This document shows positions 38,786 through 52,640 of a stretch of 64,000 nucleotides of DNA, piece by piece; within the stretch, counting starts at the first letter, position 1; each line of letters starts with the position of its first letter. Made by a program: the position numbers and the translations under genes. The DNA comes from Phoronis australis. Its lineage: Eukaryota; Animalia; Phoronida. The stretch covers positions 124,001 to 188,000 of the forward strand of contig NMRA01000177.1 of assembly GCA_002633005.1 (NCBI GenBank). Reading direction: 5' to 3'. A model generated the notes under the pieces. The model was not told where the DNA came from. It did no database searches and saw only the letters and a list, made by a program, of their open reading frames with translations.

Positions 38786-40544
38786 ACAAACACAATAATG
38801 CAACCGAGAAAAACTAAAGAACCAGACAACAACAAAGAAAATGTGAAATTCCAGTGGCACGAAAACGAGGCACCAAATGTGCCTGACGGATGTTTACAGC
38901 ATTGTGGGTAAATACAGCGAGATTCGAGTGTCACTGTGCAATGCGGGACGGCCCTATTGCTATGTGCTTCGAGCACCTTACTCCGTTATGTTATGTACAT
39001 GTGTTATTACTGACGCTGGTAGAAATAAATTTGGTTGGTCAGCTGTGCTGTAGCACTTACCAAGCGGCCCTTCATGAGTTTCCGTGTAACACATTCATAA
39101 TCTGCTCATTTCTTGAAGGAATCAAATGTTTTACCATACCCCACAATCAAATGTTGACTCTGAAGTCACATTAAACTTTAATGACATGAGCTACTTAAAA
39201 TAAAAATGAAAATCAATCCAAAATATTCCATGCTTCAGTACGAATGTGACATGGAATACGATTCTTTGGGTTGTAGGATTTGCGATGCAACTGTCGCAAA
39301 CCAAGAGCAAATCCTGAACTGGAACTTAAAGCCGTGACATGGAACCATGTTTCAAGTTCCAAGTTTCGAGAGAATGAAGTCAATGAAAACATAGCTCCAG
39401 TAGCTAAGTCCACGGAACCTGGGATAAAATAACATTACACCAGCTTCCATCCGTATTATGTGAAAATAAAGAGATAAAACGTCACATACACATACCGGTG
39501 CGTCGATTTGCAAAGTTTTAATTCACACCTACATACACAAAAATAATAGAACTGGGTACCTTGGGTCGTATTTTGTTATATATGTAATTCGAGCACTCGA
39601 TCGAGACACATAGATACAATTTTGTTATCTCTCACAAGCTTTTTTACATTTTAAGCCCATTTTGAAGCTTCCAGACCCCAACCGAGGACATGTGCTCTCA
39701 GAGCTCCATGAGCTGTATGCGAACATTTCGTGAGTTTTTTCACGTAGCAGTTTGCTTTAAACTTGTATAGCTAAATACAGCATTTATGTTTTATTATGTA
39801 AAAAGTTTCCACTTTTCACTTTCTTTAAAAGCGAAGTTAATGTTGTGTAGCAGAGGGCAAAATACAACATCAGCCAATAAGAAATCCATTTCTGCAACCC
39901 ACGGTAGATGCAGATTATACTATCCGTGAACCAAAGTAAGATGTAAAAAAGGTTTAACCCAAGTTATAAATTGTTTTTAACTTAAAGCTGATCATGACAA
40001 AGCAGTCAAGGTGAAAACTTTTGTCCAAGAAAAGAAATTCTTCGAGAGGAAAACCTCTCCGATGCGGAAAAGGTTTTCTCCACATTCGAAGCGCCCTTGT
40101 GAATGTTGTGTTCAGTAAAATTCACGTGACGCAATAATAATTTTTGTCAATAGCAGATGCAGTCTTCATCAGTATTTGGTCCGTAAGAGATCCAGCATAC
40201 GAAACATTGTTCGGGAAATGTGGAAAAACAGTGTTGATAGGAGGTTTACGGGCCAGGTGGTTTCCGGTAAGTAAAGTTATTAACTAAACTAGGTAATTTT
40301 TTATTATAGTGACATGTGTTCGTACAGATGGGATAAAGCATCAAATAACAAAACAGGAACACCCAGCCCATCACGGGACTTATAAGGCACTTTAGATACA
40401 TGGAAAACCAAAAACCACGTGTACACGCACTGCATCACAAGCAAGAGGAGCAAAAAGACGATACAATGATCATACATAAATAAAAATTTTCCGAACCTCA
40501 AAAATGTTTTTGATGAAAAGTGCAGTTTTCCTGATGATATCTTT

Positions 40545-40790
40545 TTACATAATGGTAAGTAATTTATTTTCATGGTTTTTTGCACGAAATCGTGGATATT
40601 TAATCTCAACTTGAAAGTAACAGGTGTTTCTGGCATCTAAGAAAAACGGACACTCAAACAGAAAATGTACTTCGGTTTTGACCTGACCAGTGCGACAAAT
40701 TCTATCATCAAAGTCCAGAGAAGTTAAACTCCCAACCTCAACCAATATCGGTAGAGTTCCGGTTCATATTTGAACAAGAATTGACCTACA
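40545..40790 (-). mobile_element. Non-LTR retrotransposon ORF2 C-terminal fragment
   Basis: VEVGS...DDRICRTGQVKTEVHFLFECPFFLDARN is a degenerate CCHC-type LINE C-terminal motif. Confidence 0.65.
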
Positions 40791-42061
40791 AGGCAGAACT
40801 AAGTCTAACTGGCTCATCGCATTTTGCTGCCATGTGCAATTAGTCACATCTGGTTTAATTTGTTGATCAAGAATATTAACAACAAGCATAGCCTAGGTCC
40901 TGGTGAGGTAGGGACTACCGGGATTAACAGTTGATTTTTCATTGATCTGAAAGAATAACTGATGTTATTAAATATATTTTTATCAAAATAAAAAACCAGG
41001 CTCGTAATTGAAAATAGAAATTATTTGACCATTTAAGTTTTAAATTTTGAAAAAAAAGAATTAACGAGCACAGCCCCGCTTTGGCATTATATCCAGGTTC
41101 TCATTCACTCCCTTGCACACATTCACAAGTAATTATTTGACCATCAATTCTGCTTTCTTTGTTTTTATAATTCTTACGTCTATTTTATGTGTTAGGTTTC
41201 AAATATCAATCTGGACCAAGCTGAATTTTAAAATTAAAACACCTAATTCGTTCGTCCAAAGCATAACCTCGTTTTAGAGCTCAATTTTAGTTAACTGGAC
41301 AGAGCAAGCATAGTTATCATGTTTCTTCAGGGGCCTCGTTCATCCAAGGGAAAAGATGCCTGGACCTTCTGAGAGAGGGGGAATTTTTTCGCCGACTAGA
41401 GCGAAGTGAGGGGAAAAATCTACCTCCCGATCATCATCAATAGCACCCCTCCCCCCTGTTGCAAGCTCTCATAGCTCTCTCTCAAGTAGCATTTTGTGCT
41501 CTTTCAAATTGTTTCTTGTGTGGTTACAGGTGATTTGTAGTTCGGAGAGAGCTTTTCTATCGTTTGGGAATTTTTAGGCCTCGTGAGGCCGGGGCATTTC
41601 GGGGAATTTTTCAATATTTTTGAGAGGGGAATAAGGCTGATATTCGGCCCCAAAATCGAGGGATTGACGGCCCTGTCCTTTTTGGAAAGAAAAATGCATC
41701 ATCAACCCGTAGTCATGAAAACACAGCCTGGCTGGCCGAAGATTCTCCGGTCGTTGCTATGATGCTCGGCAACCGAGATGCAACAAAATGTGATCTAACT
41801 TAACTTTTCGAAAACATTTAAATTTTACACGTACACGTTTTCCTTCGTCGCGGTGTATGGCAACTACCCAGCGCCTTCAAATCTCAACGTCCTTATGAAT
41901 TGTAAATCAGACAGTTGAGTGTCCGTATTTTTCTAGCCCGTCCGACCAACACGGAATACAACCCTGAGTACGCCGATAAGCCAACAGAGCTATGGCGTAG
42001 CAAGCCCCGTTTTGGAACGCGCCTCCTGTCGGCGTGAATTGGGTCTATAGTCGAGTATTTT

Positions 42062-42760
42062 AAAGGGTATTTAAAAAGTAATTACGCGTACTTTTGCTTA
42101 CTTTACGTGTACGATTGCTCAATCTACGCGTACTTTTAGTTCTTAAAAGATCATCGTTCTGCTTTTAATCAAATGATGTGAGTGCACGGGCGTGATTGGG
42201 CTATATGAATTAAAAGTACACGCGTTGATTAAGCAAAAGCACGCGTAGATTAAGCACATTTCAACGCGTAGAAATGAACTCGTTTAAGAACCCTTTGGCG
42301 ATTTATACACTTTTGCTTTATCAACGCGTAGTTTTACTTAATCAACGCGATGAATAAGTTATTCGTTATGTCCAATCAAAGACAAATTTAAATGCAGTAC
42401 GTAACGGCGCCATTATTTACGTGGTCACTTGATAAGAATCTTCAACATTCTTCAAAAGTTGCCTTGCAGCCCTGCAGAAAGTCTTCCGTCACTTTGTAAT
42501 TTGAGAGCGCGTGCGTGATTGGGTTAATAAATGAACTGATTAAAGCTAGGCGTTGAAAAAGCAATAATGGGCTTTGATTAAGTAAAACTACGCAATGATT
42601 AAGCAAAAGTGCGCGTTGAATAAGAGCAGATCGATGATCGACTAAGAACTAATCCATAAAATTAGTTTAACAAAACTACGCGTTGATTAAGCAAAACTAC
42701 GCGTTGATTAAGCACATTTCAACGCACAGAAAGGTACTCGTTTAAGAACCCTTTGGCGCT
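42062..42760. repeat. Tandem MITE-like elements built from about 21-bp ACGCGT-containing subrepeats
   Basis: aaaactacgcgttgattaagc occurs in direct and inverted copies. The end motif actcgtttaagaaccctttggcg appears at about 42279 and 42737, with an inverted counterpart at 42062. Confidence 0.55.
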
Positions 42761-44579
42761 TTCTAAGGAACCGGGTCCGACTTCAGTTAATTCTACAGAA
42801 AGGCTGGAACCGAGCTAGCATCGGATATCCACGACTTTTGATGAAATCGCCAAAAGCAACGCATTCTATTGCTTTAAAGCGTTCCTACAACGCTTCTTTG
42901 CACTTTTTGATCTGAAACTATTTGCGTGTTATCTACATACCATTTCAGTTCAACTGTTGGGCATTGACGTATATGTGGATTGCATACATTCCCATAAAAT
43001 CTTGAACAACAATAGACTGATGGAAACTTTCTGCAATCGCATTCATTGTCTGTCACAATTTTTTGCTTTTTGTTCAAAATACTCAATATGTGCCTGACAA
43101 CTACGTTCCCAGCAATGGCACAAAATAATACACTTTTCCCATTGTTGTGACTCGATACACAGGTTCTCGTGCAGCTTACCTTTACTCATATAAAAGCTTG
43201 AATACACGCTTGAGTTGAAGACCCACAAACGCAGACGTCCTGCGTGCAGCAGAGCCACACGAAGAGAGATCTCTTGATTCCCCAGTCACGTGACAAAACT
43301 AGAACTTACAACATCCGGCCACTGACGGAAACCCACGGACGAACACGAACACACAAGACAACACGAAAGACGAGACCACACAAACCAACATTCACAACAC
43401 CATCAAATGCTCAAATTGGAGGAACCTTCGTCAAATCTCCGTTTCTGTGACAAATCGAAGCACGATTCTTCATAATGGGCTCAGCATAGCGTGGCCCCAA
43501 AACTTTTCGCTTGCTCCACGATGTACCTGTCCGGCACACAAACCTTTGTCATTTCTGGGCGATATTAGGTCTTTGGAAACGTAAAAACTGAGATTTAGTC
43601 TGTTCGATTGCTATTACTGCATGCAACTTTTCATAATACACAGTCGAACTAAGTTTTCAAGACCACTACGGCTCGCGGCTGGTGTAGAACAACAAAACGG
43701 TGGAGACCGGATCTACTGATGACGCCATACAAAAATTGCAATTATTTACCTTCTGCGTTTATTTTTTAATAAAAGTACACAAATTGAAGAAGAAATACTT
43801 AAAATATGATACCAAAATTGTTGGTAAGCGCGCATTCAAGCATTTATGACCATGGTGTGAAGGGTGTTCAAAGCAAAGGCTCATAATAAACTAAGATAGA
43901 CTTTGTAGAATGCACTTTAATCGCTACTAAGTTTTTCTTAATTTTATATACAAATAGTGTTTTCCTATCCAACTAAAGATGCTCTATGGATCGAGCTCCG
44001 TCACAAAGTAGACCTGAGCTGCAGTCGACAATTTTTCCCGTAAACAAGTTTGTTTTGGCCGGCCACAAATACAAGTAGGCCTACAGTGACAGAAATTTAA
44101 TAACTATTACAAAAATTATACAATCAATACGTATTCTGACAATGTCACAATGACTAAACAAATAGCTGCAACACAGGCCATCAGTGGATGAACTGAGTAG
44201 AAGAGCGCCACTGCTCGGAGAAATCACGTATGAAAGGCTTTGCGTACAATTTCTCATCATGCTACAATGTCAGTATCAACCGTGAATTATTCCCTTGGTT
44301 CAATTCTCATCATATATTTGTAAAATGCGCAGTCACCACGTTTCTTTTCTCAATAAATTTCCACTTATATAAAGCATCCTCCAGAGACATGGTTTGTGAG
44401 CTTATTGGTTAGTTTCACGAGATCTCGCAGTAAACACCTGGTATTAAAGTCATCTATCAATGGTCGTGGCCGACACACGTTGGTACAAATTATTTCACAG
44501 ATCGCTGGTGACGTCACCAAAATAGTTTGCAAGATAAAACATGGACTATATGCGACGCCCTTCAGTCCAGCTTTTGAAA

Positions 44580-45650
44580 ATGTCTGAAAACAACACAACC
44601 GGAACGTCGCTAAAGACCGAAGTCGTTTCTGAAGAACAACATGTTCTCGACATCTTGATAACGTTTGGAAAATACGAACGCATCATAATTCCTATAATTG
44701 GGCTTGTCGGTAACATAATCGCTATAATAATGTTCACTATTCATTTCAAGCGACGACGACTCGCGTCAAGCGTGTATTTCTTGGCGCTAGCATTGACAGA
44801 CACAGCCGTCATGATTTCTGCGTGTTTCTTTTACGACATGAGGTTGGTGAAACACCCGGTCATCACCAGCAGCTGGCTTGGTTGTTCTTTGGCCTACTTT
44901 ATAGGTTACGGTGGTCAGGTATCGTCTGCGTGGATCCTCGCCGCGTTGTCCGTTGATCGGGTGATCGCTGTTCGCATGCCACTCAAGGTGAAAGAACTGT
45001 GCAGCGTGAAGCGAACTGTAGTTACCGTTTGTACCCTGCTGTTGGTAGGTTTTGGATTCTCCTCACACGCGTTTTTCACGTACACCGCACAGAACCACAA
45101 GTGTATACCGCGTCCTGAATACGGTGATATTGCCACTATCAGCAGCAATATACGATTAGTTCTCTACTCCATTTTGCCCTCTATCGTGATGTGCACGTGC
45201 AACGCGATAATCTTCGCAGCGATGAGACACAGGACAACGACATCTGTGGGACAAAGCACCAACAATCCAGCTTCAGATATAAAGCAGAACCGAATAACCA
45301 CACGACTGCTCGTTATTATCTCCGTATTCTTCGTGTTATTCAGCCTTCCGAATGCCGTGGTTTCCTGTATCGTACCGGACTGTAAAAATTGCCAGAGAAC
45401 TTTCGTTGAAAGAGCACTGAAAATTTTCATACCTATTACGCTTCGCATAAACCACGCCGCAAATTTTTATTTGTACATGCTTTCCGGATCGTTAGTGCGA
45501 CAAGAAATGAAAACCATGTTCTGGATATTAGCCAATTGGTGCTTGTATTGCATCAGGATCAAACCTAACAAGAGGTTTTCGCCGTCACAGACAAATGTTT
45601 ACCCTGTTCAAGAAATTGGAACAATCAACTATGCGCTGAGGGCCCTTTAA
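44580..45650 (+). CDS. Intronless class A (rhodopsin-like) GPCR, FMRFamide/sex-peptide/GPR139-like peptide receptor type
   Basis: The 369-aa ORF from 44541 has a likely start at MSENNTT (44580) with an N-glycosylation sequon. It has seven hydrophobic helices, GLVGN, LALTD, DRVIAV, an ECL2 Cys, FSLP and NHAANFYLY. Confidence 0.93.
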   Translation: MSENNTTGTSLKTEVVSEEQHVLDILITFGKYERIIIPIIGLVGNIIAIIMFTIHFKRRRLASSVYFLALALTDTAVMISACFFYDMRLVKHPVITSSWLGCSLAYFIGYGGQVSSAWILAALSVDRVIAVRMPLKVKELCSVKRTVVTVCTLLLVGFGFSSHAFFTYTAQNHKCIPRPEYGDIATISSNIRLVLYSILPSIVMCTCNAIIFAAMRHRTTTSVGQSTNNPASDIKQNRITTRLLVIISVFFVLFSLPNAVVSCIVPDCKNCQRTFVERALKIFIPITLRINHAANFYLYMLSGSLVRQEMKTMFWILANWCLYCIRIKPNKRFSPSQTNVYPVQEIGTINYALRAL

Positions 45651-45780
45651 TTCAAATTTTACCAACTTGAACTTCTGCCGTTGTACTTCATAGCCTCCAA
45701 GGCGGCATTTGATTCACTCTCCAGGGAGTATTTAGTCCCGAAGAGACTTTTGTCTTCTGGCTCAGTCTATGGATGACTGT

Positions 45781-48420
45781 CAGTGGCGGATCTACGGGGG
45801 GGTTCAGGGGGTTTAAACCCCCCCCTCGGGCCAGGACCCAAAAATTAAAAAAAAAAACGTCTCCAGCAAAACAAAACGGCAACGCCAGCGTGTGTAAACC
45901 CCAAGTAAACCAACTTGGAAAAAATGAGGGGGGGGTTCACTCTGAAAATACATTTTTTTGCATTGTGAATTGCTGTTATGAAAATCAACGCGTTTCGAGT
46001 CTTCGTGGCTCGTCGGCAAAACCCCGGAGATCAATTGTGCGCGCGCTTCCGACGACACTTCTGAAGTGGCCAAGCATTTTAGATGGATCCACCGCTGAAA
46101 GAGCAGCTCTATAGCTGATTTCTTTAGGTAACTAGTTTCTTTACTCTAAGATATGTTTTGATTTGATTAGGGGAAATACTGTGGTGCCGCAATCCTGATA
46201 TTCAGGCGAATTGACGTGCAACCTTTTTTACCTCATCTGTCATGCCATGTCACACCCCACACCTTTGTAACTCGAATTTGACTGATGCATAGTAAAGTTG
46301 TCTTGCGCGATATCATACAGTGTACATGTACATGTAATACTTGAAAAAAACTCGTTTTCCGAAGAATTGCTATTGTGGCCTGCGCCGTGGTCTGGTCGCG
46401 AGTCTGTTTGAAGATGCTCTCTAACAAGTTATGTCTATACAAGGAATGACCAAGGGAACACTCACATTGACAAAGTGACTGCATTCGCGAACAGTGCACA
46501 GTACCAGAAATTGCGGGGAGGCTGTATTTTCACAACAAAGTCTTGCGGGAGTCGTGCGATGTTCAACGGGCCTCCTAAGGAGCCCTAGTGCCGACCTCAA
46601 CACCTACCGTCTTTCTACGTGCAATAAGCACCACTGCCGTTTTATATACTGGGAATTTCCGCAGGAAGGCCCACCCGAAGAAACGCCCATGCCCATCGTC
46701 ATTTATGCAAATGGGTCCTGGGATACATCGTCAAGGTTTGAAGTAGCCCATGATGAACGGATCGAATTTAGTTGCTCACGCTTTAAGTCTTTTGAATGGA
46801 TTTGATTATCTCAGGGTGCTTAGTGCCAACTGAGCTGCGAAACGAGATTCTGACAATGTAGAGGCGTACAAGCTCATTGACACAGCAGTTGACGAAGTGC
46901 AAGCGTTGGGAACAAACGTCGAAGATGTCTAGGTAGAATGATTCCAAGAGCAGCAAACCATTGGATCCGATGTACAGATTCCCCGGCAGCCTAGACAACA
47001 GAAGATAGGACCAACGTTCCCGGAGAAACACCCAGGTAATAAGTTATAATTATACACAGTTTGTAATAATGTCTGTTTTTTATGCTTGTGTACAATGAAA
47101 ACGAAATAGAAATTATTTTTGGACATGCCAAATTCACCAGGTACAGCAGAGGGTCTACGAGAGCACAGAAACTGATTCTGGTTTGTATTTCCACTTGAGT
47201 CTATCTGCTTCATATCCAAAATCTTATTTCACGTAGTGCGTAGTTAAATCTGTACTCCATACTTGTTTCCTCCAGTGAGTACTACAGAACGGTGCAAAAA
47301 CCCTTCCTAGACAACCTCTCGCAGCAGTTGACCACCAGATGTATGAACTACACGTATGAGCATCCATTGGGGATTAAAAAGTGTCTAGAGAGAAGTTTTC
47401 AATTCAAAATTTTTTGCAAAGTACGCTTTAGGTCTCGCGACGGACCAGGCCAGCTTGATTTGTGTAGATATCGAGTTTCAGTGTACTTGTGGTCCCTCGG
47501 CGAACTACACTTGTGATGTTTTTTACCAAAGTGTGCTTAGTATAACTATTTATCTCAGCCAGTACCGTTTGGTCCCGCGACAGATCGACTATTTTATAGG
47601 GATAACAACCAGAGGTGTACTTTTGGTCTCGTGACGGACCAGGCCAGAGTTTTTGTGTACTCTCGGTGTACATCTGGTCCCTCTGCGAACTGCTCCTGTG
47701 TATCTTTTCATCACGGTGTAGGCCTACAGAGTGTTATGGTTTCGTGAAACTGTTTTCAGATGATTTGTTTCCTGATACATTTGACGTTTTTCAATTGTTG
47801 TCAACGTGATTCAGCTTAATAAAGTGATACTTTAACTGTTTTTGTCGCTTTTAATAATAGACTATGAGCTGAGAGCACCATCGTTCGCCAGTTTTTCTCG
47901 TAACGAGACAGAACACATGTTTATTTCCGGACTAACAGTACAGGTCTTCGTTCTTAAACAGCTTGAGGCTGTTGCGATCATCTGATATTCAAGTTTTTGC
48001 GCCCCGTCGGTGCTCCTTATGCTCTTGAATATTTGGTAATTTGGTAGTTGTCTAAACCCCTGTGCACAAATCACACTTTTTCGTATGCTAAAAAGGTGCG
48101 TGTAAGCAGATGTTCCAACAAAAAATTTTGGTGGTGGTGTGACTCATACTCAGATGTGCACAAATATGGTTTCACGAAACTTATGAGCCAAGTTCATGTG
48201 ACGAAATCGAGAAGGGCTTTTAATTATCTTAAGAAAAACTCCTGTTAAGAGCCAGAAACGTACCAGGATGCATGGAAATTTCACTGTTTGGCTAGAAAAA
48301 TAAAAAGTTATCTTAAACGGGAGGGGGGTTTATCCGCCCCCGCTCGGCGCCACGCGCCTCGGATTCGACCTTTGCGGGAATCCTAAACCCCCCCTTACTG
48401 AAAACGTAGATCCGCCACTG
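45781..48420 (+). mobile_element. hAT transposon (2640 bp) with decayed, intron-containing THAP12/ZMYM1-like transposase
   Basis: Perfect 16-bp TIRs CAGTGGCGGATCTACG / CGTAGATCCGCCACTG. Partial 8-bp TSD atgactgt/atgaccaa. NVPGETPS|EYYRTVQKPFLDNLSQQLTTR reads across a GT-AG intron at 47036-47275. Confidence 0.85.
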
Positions 48421-50533
48421 ATGACCAAGTCTGTTTCATGAAACCAGACAAAAGCTATAGTCAGAAAATCTGTCTACAAGTCGAACCCAAATAACGGAAA
48501 TCCGCAGCTTTGCCCGAAAGCAGAATAAATTCAGCCAAAGCTAAACGAAATGTTATAATGGCGATCCACAGGTAAAAAGTTATCGCTTTTGTTTTCAATT
48601 ACAAAATGGAAATAGTTTCTGGTCGATAAGTCATTGAAACACGTCGTATGCATATGGTAAGCCTTTAAAAATATCATGTCAGACGTTGTTCAAGTCAAAT
48701 TTTTGTATATGTTCATTAGCAATTTGGCGGCAACTCGAGCCCACCGCTATTTCCTGTTTCCGCAACACTGTTTGTGTGGGTAAAACAATTATAGCACACC
48801 ACCGAGTCCTGAAAACGAGTTTTAAATTAATGCGATCATTGACGGGACTCCTTTTCAGAACGTCGTGATATCAGCACGATAGTAAACTCAGTGGTCCGTC
48901 GTTTCATGCGCGTTTTTTCTTTCATTTTGTGTTTAGAGGGAGATGGTCCCTCAGTTCCTTTAAATGCACTTTTGTGCAGCAAATGTTCTTAACTGTACCT
49001 ACCATTTGTGATGGCTGCATCACAAAAATCTTGGCAAAAACAAAGTATACGCTTTTAACACATAACTTTGTTTAGAAACGTGACAATCAAGGGGAAATTC
49101 CTTAAATCTGCCATATTGTTCCATAAACGGTAAATTTACCTCATTTTTCTCCATCACAAAGGTATTACAAATTTTCAAAAAAGTTTACAAAACTTTCTCC
49201 TCTTAAAAATCCGTCAGTTTTAGAGGAAAATATTTGCCAATTGTTCTGATGGGAATTCCGCAGTAGGCCTTAAAAATCTCTCTCTTGAAAACTCGTTCAA
49301 CTGGTGATGATCATCTCTTCGATGTAAAATTGAGTTTTCCAAGTTACTCCATATAATCAATTTCAACGAGAGTCTCGCACAGTACGAGACTTCCAGTTTT
49401 TTGACCTAAAGGAAATGTCTTTCACACATTCACCACCTTCATACGCGTATAAAAAATTCCACCAATCTGCAATAAATTGGTTAGCAACACTTCGTCAGCT
49501 ATGATAAAGTGATTTTTAATTGTTTTACGAGTACTTGGCGTGAGAAAATCGGGTTTTCCTAATAATTTGAATAACAGGGGCTCACTGCAAGCGTCATAAA
49601 GAACTTGCCTAGAACTCTTAGTTATTTGAACACAGCCGTGTTTGCCGAAGACACGACATTGTATGCCGCAGGCAACTCTGTATTCGAAGCAGAGCAACTG
49701 AAAGGTCAAGGACGTCTACTTGGCTCCAAAATAATGAACTCTTGACAAATCTTGACTAGACAAAATGACAACTTTTTGGATCATCACACCGCCACTGATG
49801 CAAAGACATCCTCGCGGAAAAACGGTTTTAACAGATAAACAGCCTGGCGAACTCTTGGGAGTCACTTTAGACACCTGTGTGACCAAGTATAACGTGACAA
49901 AGTATCTAGGGTGCAGAAGAGAGCGACACGAATCTAGGGGTCAGGGGAAGAACAGCTTCTCTATCTTTGTTTTGTAGATTGAGGCGACTTCCATTCAGGA
50001 ACAAATACAGTGTCCCCCCAACAAAGACGCACGGAGACGCACGCCAACCTTACTATACCAGAAGCTCCAGTACTCGGGTGCCACATTATGAAATTAACTA
50101 CCACAAGATGTCCGCATTGCAGCAACTGAATTGTTTTAAATCTAATGTATGCATTTATTCACACAAGAAGACCTGCAATGCAATCATAAGAGATTCATTC
50201 CGATGCTTCTTAACCTGCTTAATTTATACATGTATGAATTGCTTATTTACTTATTTGTATCCTGTGCGTGGTGCGCGAGCCAATGCACGGAAGAGTAGTT
50301 AACAACATGTGATTGCTTTGCAATCTAAATGTATACACTGAATAAATATCTGAAGTATATACTAGCATGCACAGCTGAATACCGTATTGGGCTTTCCCAT
50401 GATGTCCATTGGTTCATGAACACTTTTTCACCTGTAATGCATAATACAAAAACAGCAACGCGCAGCGTTGAAATGCGCCCATGACTGCACAGCTGTAAAA
50501 ATGGCCATTAGACAGCGAAGAGTACGTCAAACC

Positions 50534-51925
50534 CAGAGGCAGCTCTACGTGGAGGGGGGGTTCAGGGACCGGGTTTAAACCCAGGCCCGTAGGAAGGCAA
50601 AAATTATTGGGGGGCACAAACCATTTCGACTTCGCCAAACAACACCCCATCGGCCACCACCAACGCCAACCCCCTCCTTCCGTGCTCCCGATCCCACCAT
50701 ATTTGTACCAGAATCTCCCGCGTCCTCCCTAGGTGGGGGGCACAGTGGCGGATTTAGGGGGGGCAACGTTCTTCAAATTTACACCCTTTCGATGGATGGC
50801 GGTCAATCCTGTTGAATTTTTTCACACTTTTGGATGTTTGGGACGAATGTTTTGATACTGCTGTGCTGTGCACGAATGTTTTTTTTTTTTTGATGAATTT
50901 GGAATCTCAACTTCCCTCCTCAATACTTGGCAGTGTCGGATTTACATGTACAGAGGGACAAACAGATATTTCCCCCTAACTGCTCCACCGAGAGAGGATC
51001 CCGTCTGAAATGGGACACCTTAAGATGAAAGGTTAAACATCATTAAGCTTGGAAAAAAGAATGACAGTGCATTTTACCGTCGTGTGGTCTTAAAACGATG
51101 CAGGGAGTGAGCTCCTTCAACATGAAAGCCCGGCGGTTGCACGATTTCACAAAAAAAAACAGGAAAATAAAAGGTAATCGATTCCAACATTGGGCCATCT
51201 TTCCGTGAGCGGCCCCTTAAGAATTTGTCAATAAAAATACAAAAATGGTGACCACTTGAATCTCATCAATGGCCTCCTTCAAGGGCGGGGCCCATAAATA
51301 TGAAAATATCTATATTTTCAAAAATCAGAAATTGATGTTATCTGTCAGGTCATCAATTTTTCTCAAGTGATATACGATTTTGAGAAAAAATAGAGCGAAA
51401 TTTGGCTCCGTTATCCCTTGCCAGAGGGGCCTCTGGAAAAATATAGTTTTGCATTCGCAAAATTGACTCATTGAATTTAAAAATCCAGTAAATTAGTACA
51501 CTCCGCAAAAGCTTCGCTTTACAAATTTTCTCGATTTTTCAAAATATATGTATGATTGATTACGTGCACGTTTTCAAGTGTGTTTAAACGACCTGTGCTG
51601 CAAAATCGGAGACCCTAACGACAATATCCTGGACAGGGTTCTCAAAAGGTAAACTATTCAGTGATAGAGTTGTTAATAGTTCTCTTGAATTTTCTCTCTT
51701 ATCCGTACTTCGCAGTCTTTCGTTCCTCGGACAGGATCAAAACTGAAAATTAAAAAAAAACGTCGCCAGGAAAACGAAATCAGGTACAAAAACAAAAAAA
51801 ATCTTACACTGGAGCGGTCCCCCCCTCTTGACNNNNNNNNNNNNNNNNNNNNTGACCCCCCCCCCCCCCCCCCGGAGCTACGCGCCTCGGTTCACGCGAA
51901 TCCTAACCCCCCAGATCTGCCACTG
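50534..51925 (+). mobile_element. Degenerate relative of the 45781 hAT element with nested fragments (spans the 20-bp gap)
   Basis: Left end cagaggcagctctacg...ggggttcaggg...gtttaaaccc and right end cgcgcctcgg...aatcctaacccc...agatctgccactg match both ends of 45781-48420. A second CAGTGGCGGAT starts at 50743. Confidence 0.55.
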
Positions 51926-52078
51926 AAACCTGTCCGAAATTGAAAAGAAGTGTCATTGTGGAATCCATCCCAAAAATGAAATTGTGCTGTCCTCTTCGTA
52001 ACAGAAACTATTTGGTTTAAGTTACTGAAAATGCAAGAATTCAAAATAGATATATAACAATGCGGCATTTTATACAAT

Positions 52079-52640
52079 ATGAAATGGCAGAGAAAAACAG
52101 ATTGCTGCGCTCTGGAAGTGAAAAAAATAAATGGGTATGGCATTGTTTGGTATTCACAGGGTGTGGATGAGGAGCTTGTATTTTTAAGTGAATTTCGACA
52201 GCCTTGTACAGATATAGAAAATCAAATGTGGCAAGCTTTCTCTTTGTCTCTTCATAAACTGTTCAAATTTAAACTCCAACTGGAAAATTATGTGCTGAAG
52301 ATGGAAAAACCGTATTTGACGTCAGCACTGGCACATGTGGTGCTCAGATCGCTGACTGATGATAGAGGTCAGCTGGGTCGATATTTTAGAACGCCTTGAA
52401 AAGATAGACTGTGTCCATGGTGTGACACGGGAGAAATTGAAAATGGGTACCACTGTTTACTTGTGTGTCCCCAGTACGCCTACATTAGAGTTAGTTTTAG
52501 GATTCCAACTGTCTCTTTTGAGAATTCTTCGTATATCTTTCAGAAAATTATGCAGTCAAGGGACGTTAGAGTATTAAGAAAAGTTGCGAAGTTCTTGTTT
52601 TTAGCTGAAAAGCCTAAATTGTCTGTCAGTATTAAATGAT
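52079..52640 (+). mobile_element. RTE-X-like LINE 3' fragment
   Basis: YGIVWYSQGV...FRQPCTDIENQMW...FKFKLQLENYV...GRYFRTP*KDRLCPWCDTGEIENGYHCLLVCPQYAYIR. Confidence 0.7.

Noticed and set aside
47431-47700. CRISPR-like repeat-spacer array
   Set aside because: Eukaryotic context, degenerate repeats, spacers that are themselves duplicated, and no cas genes.
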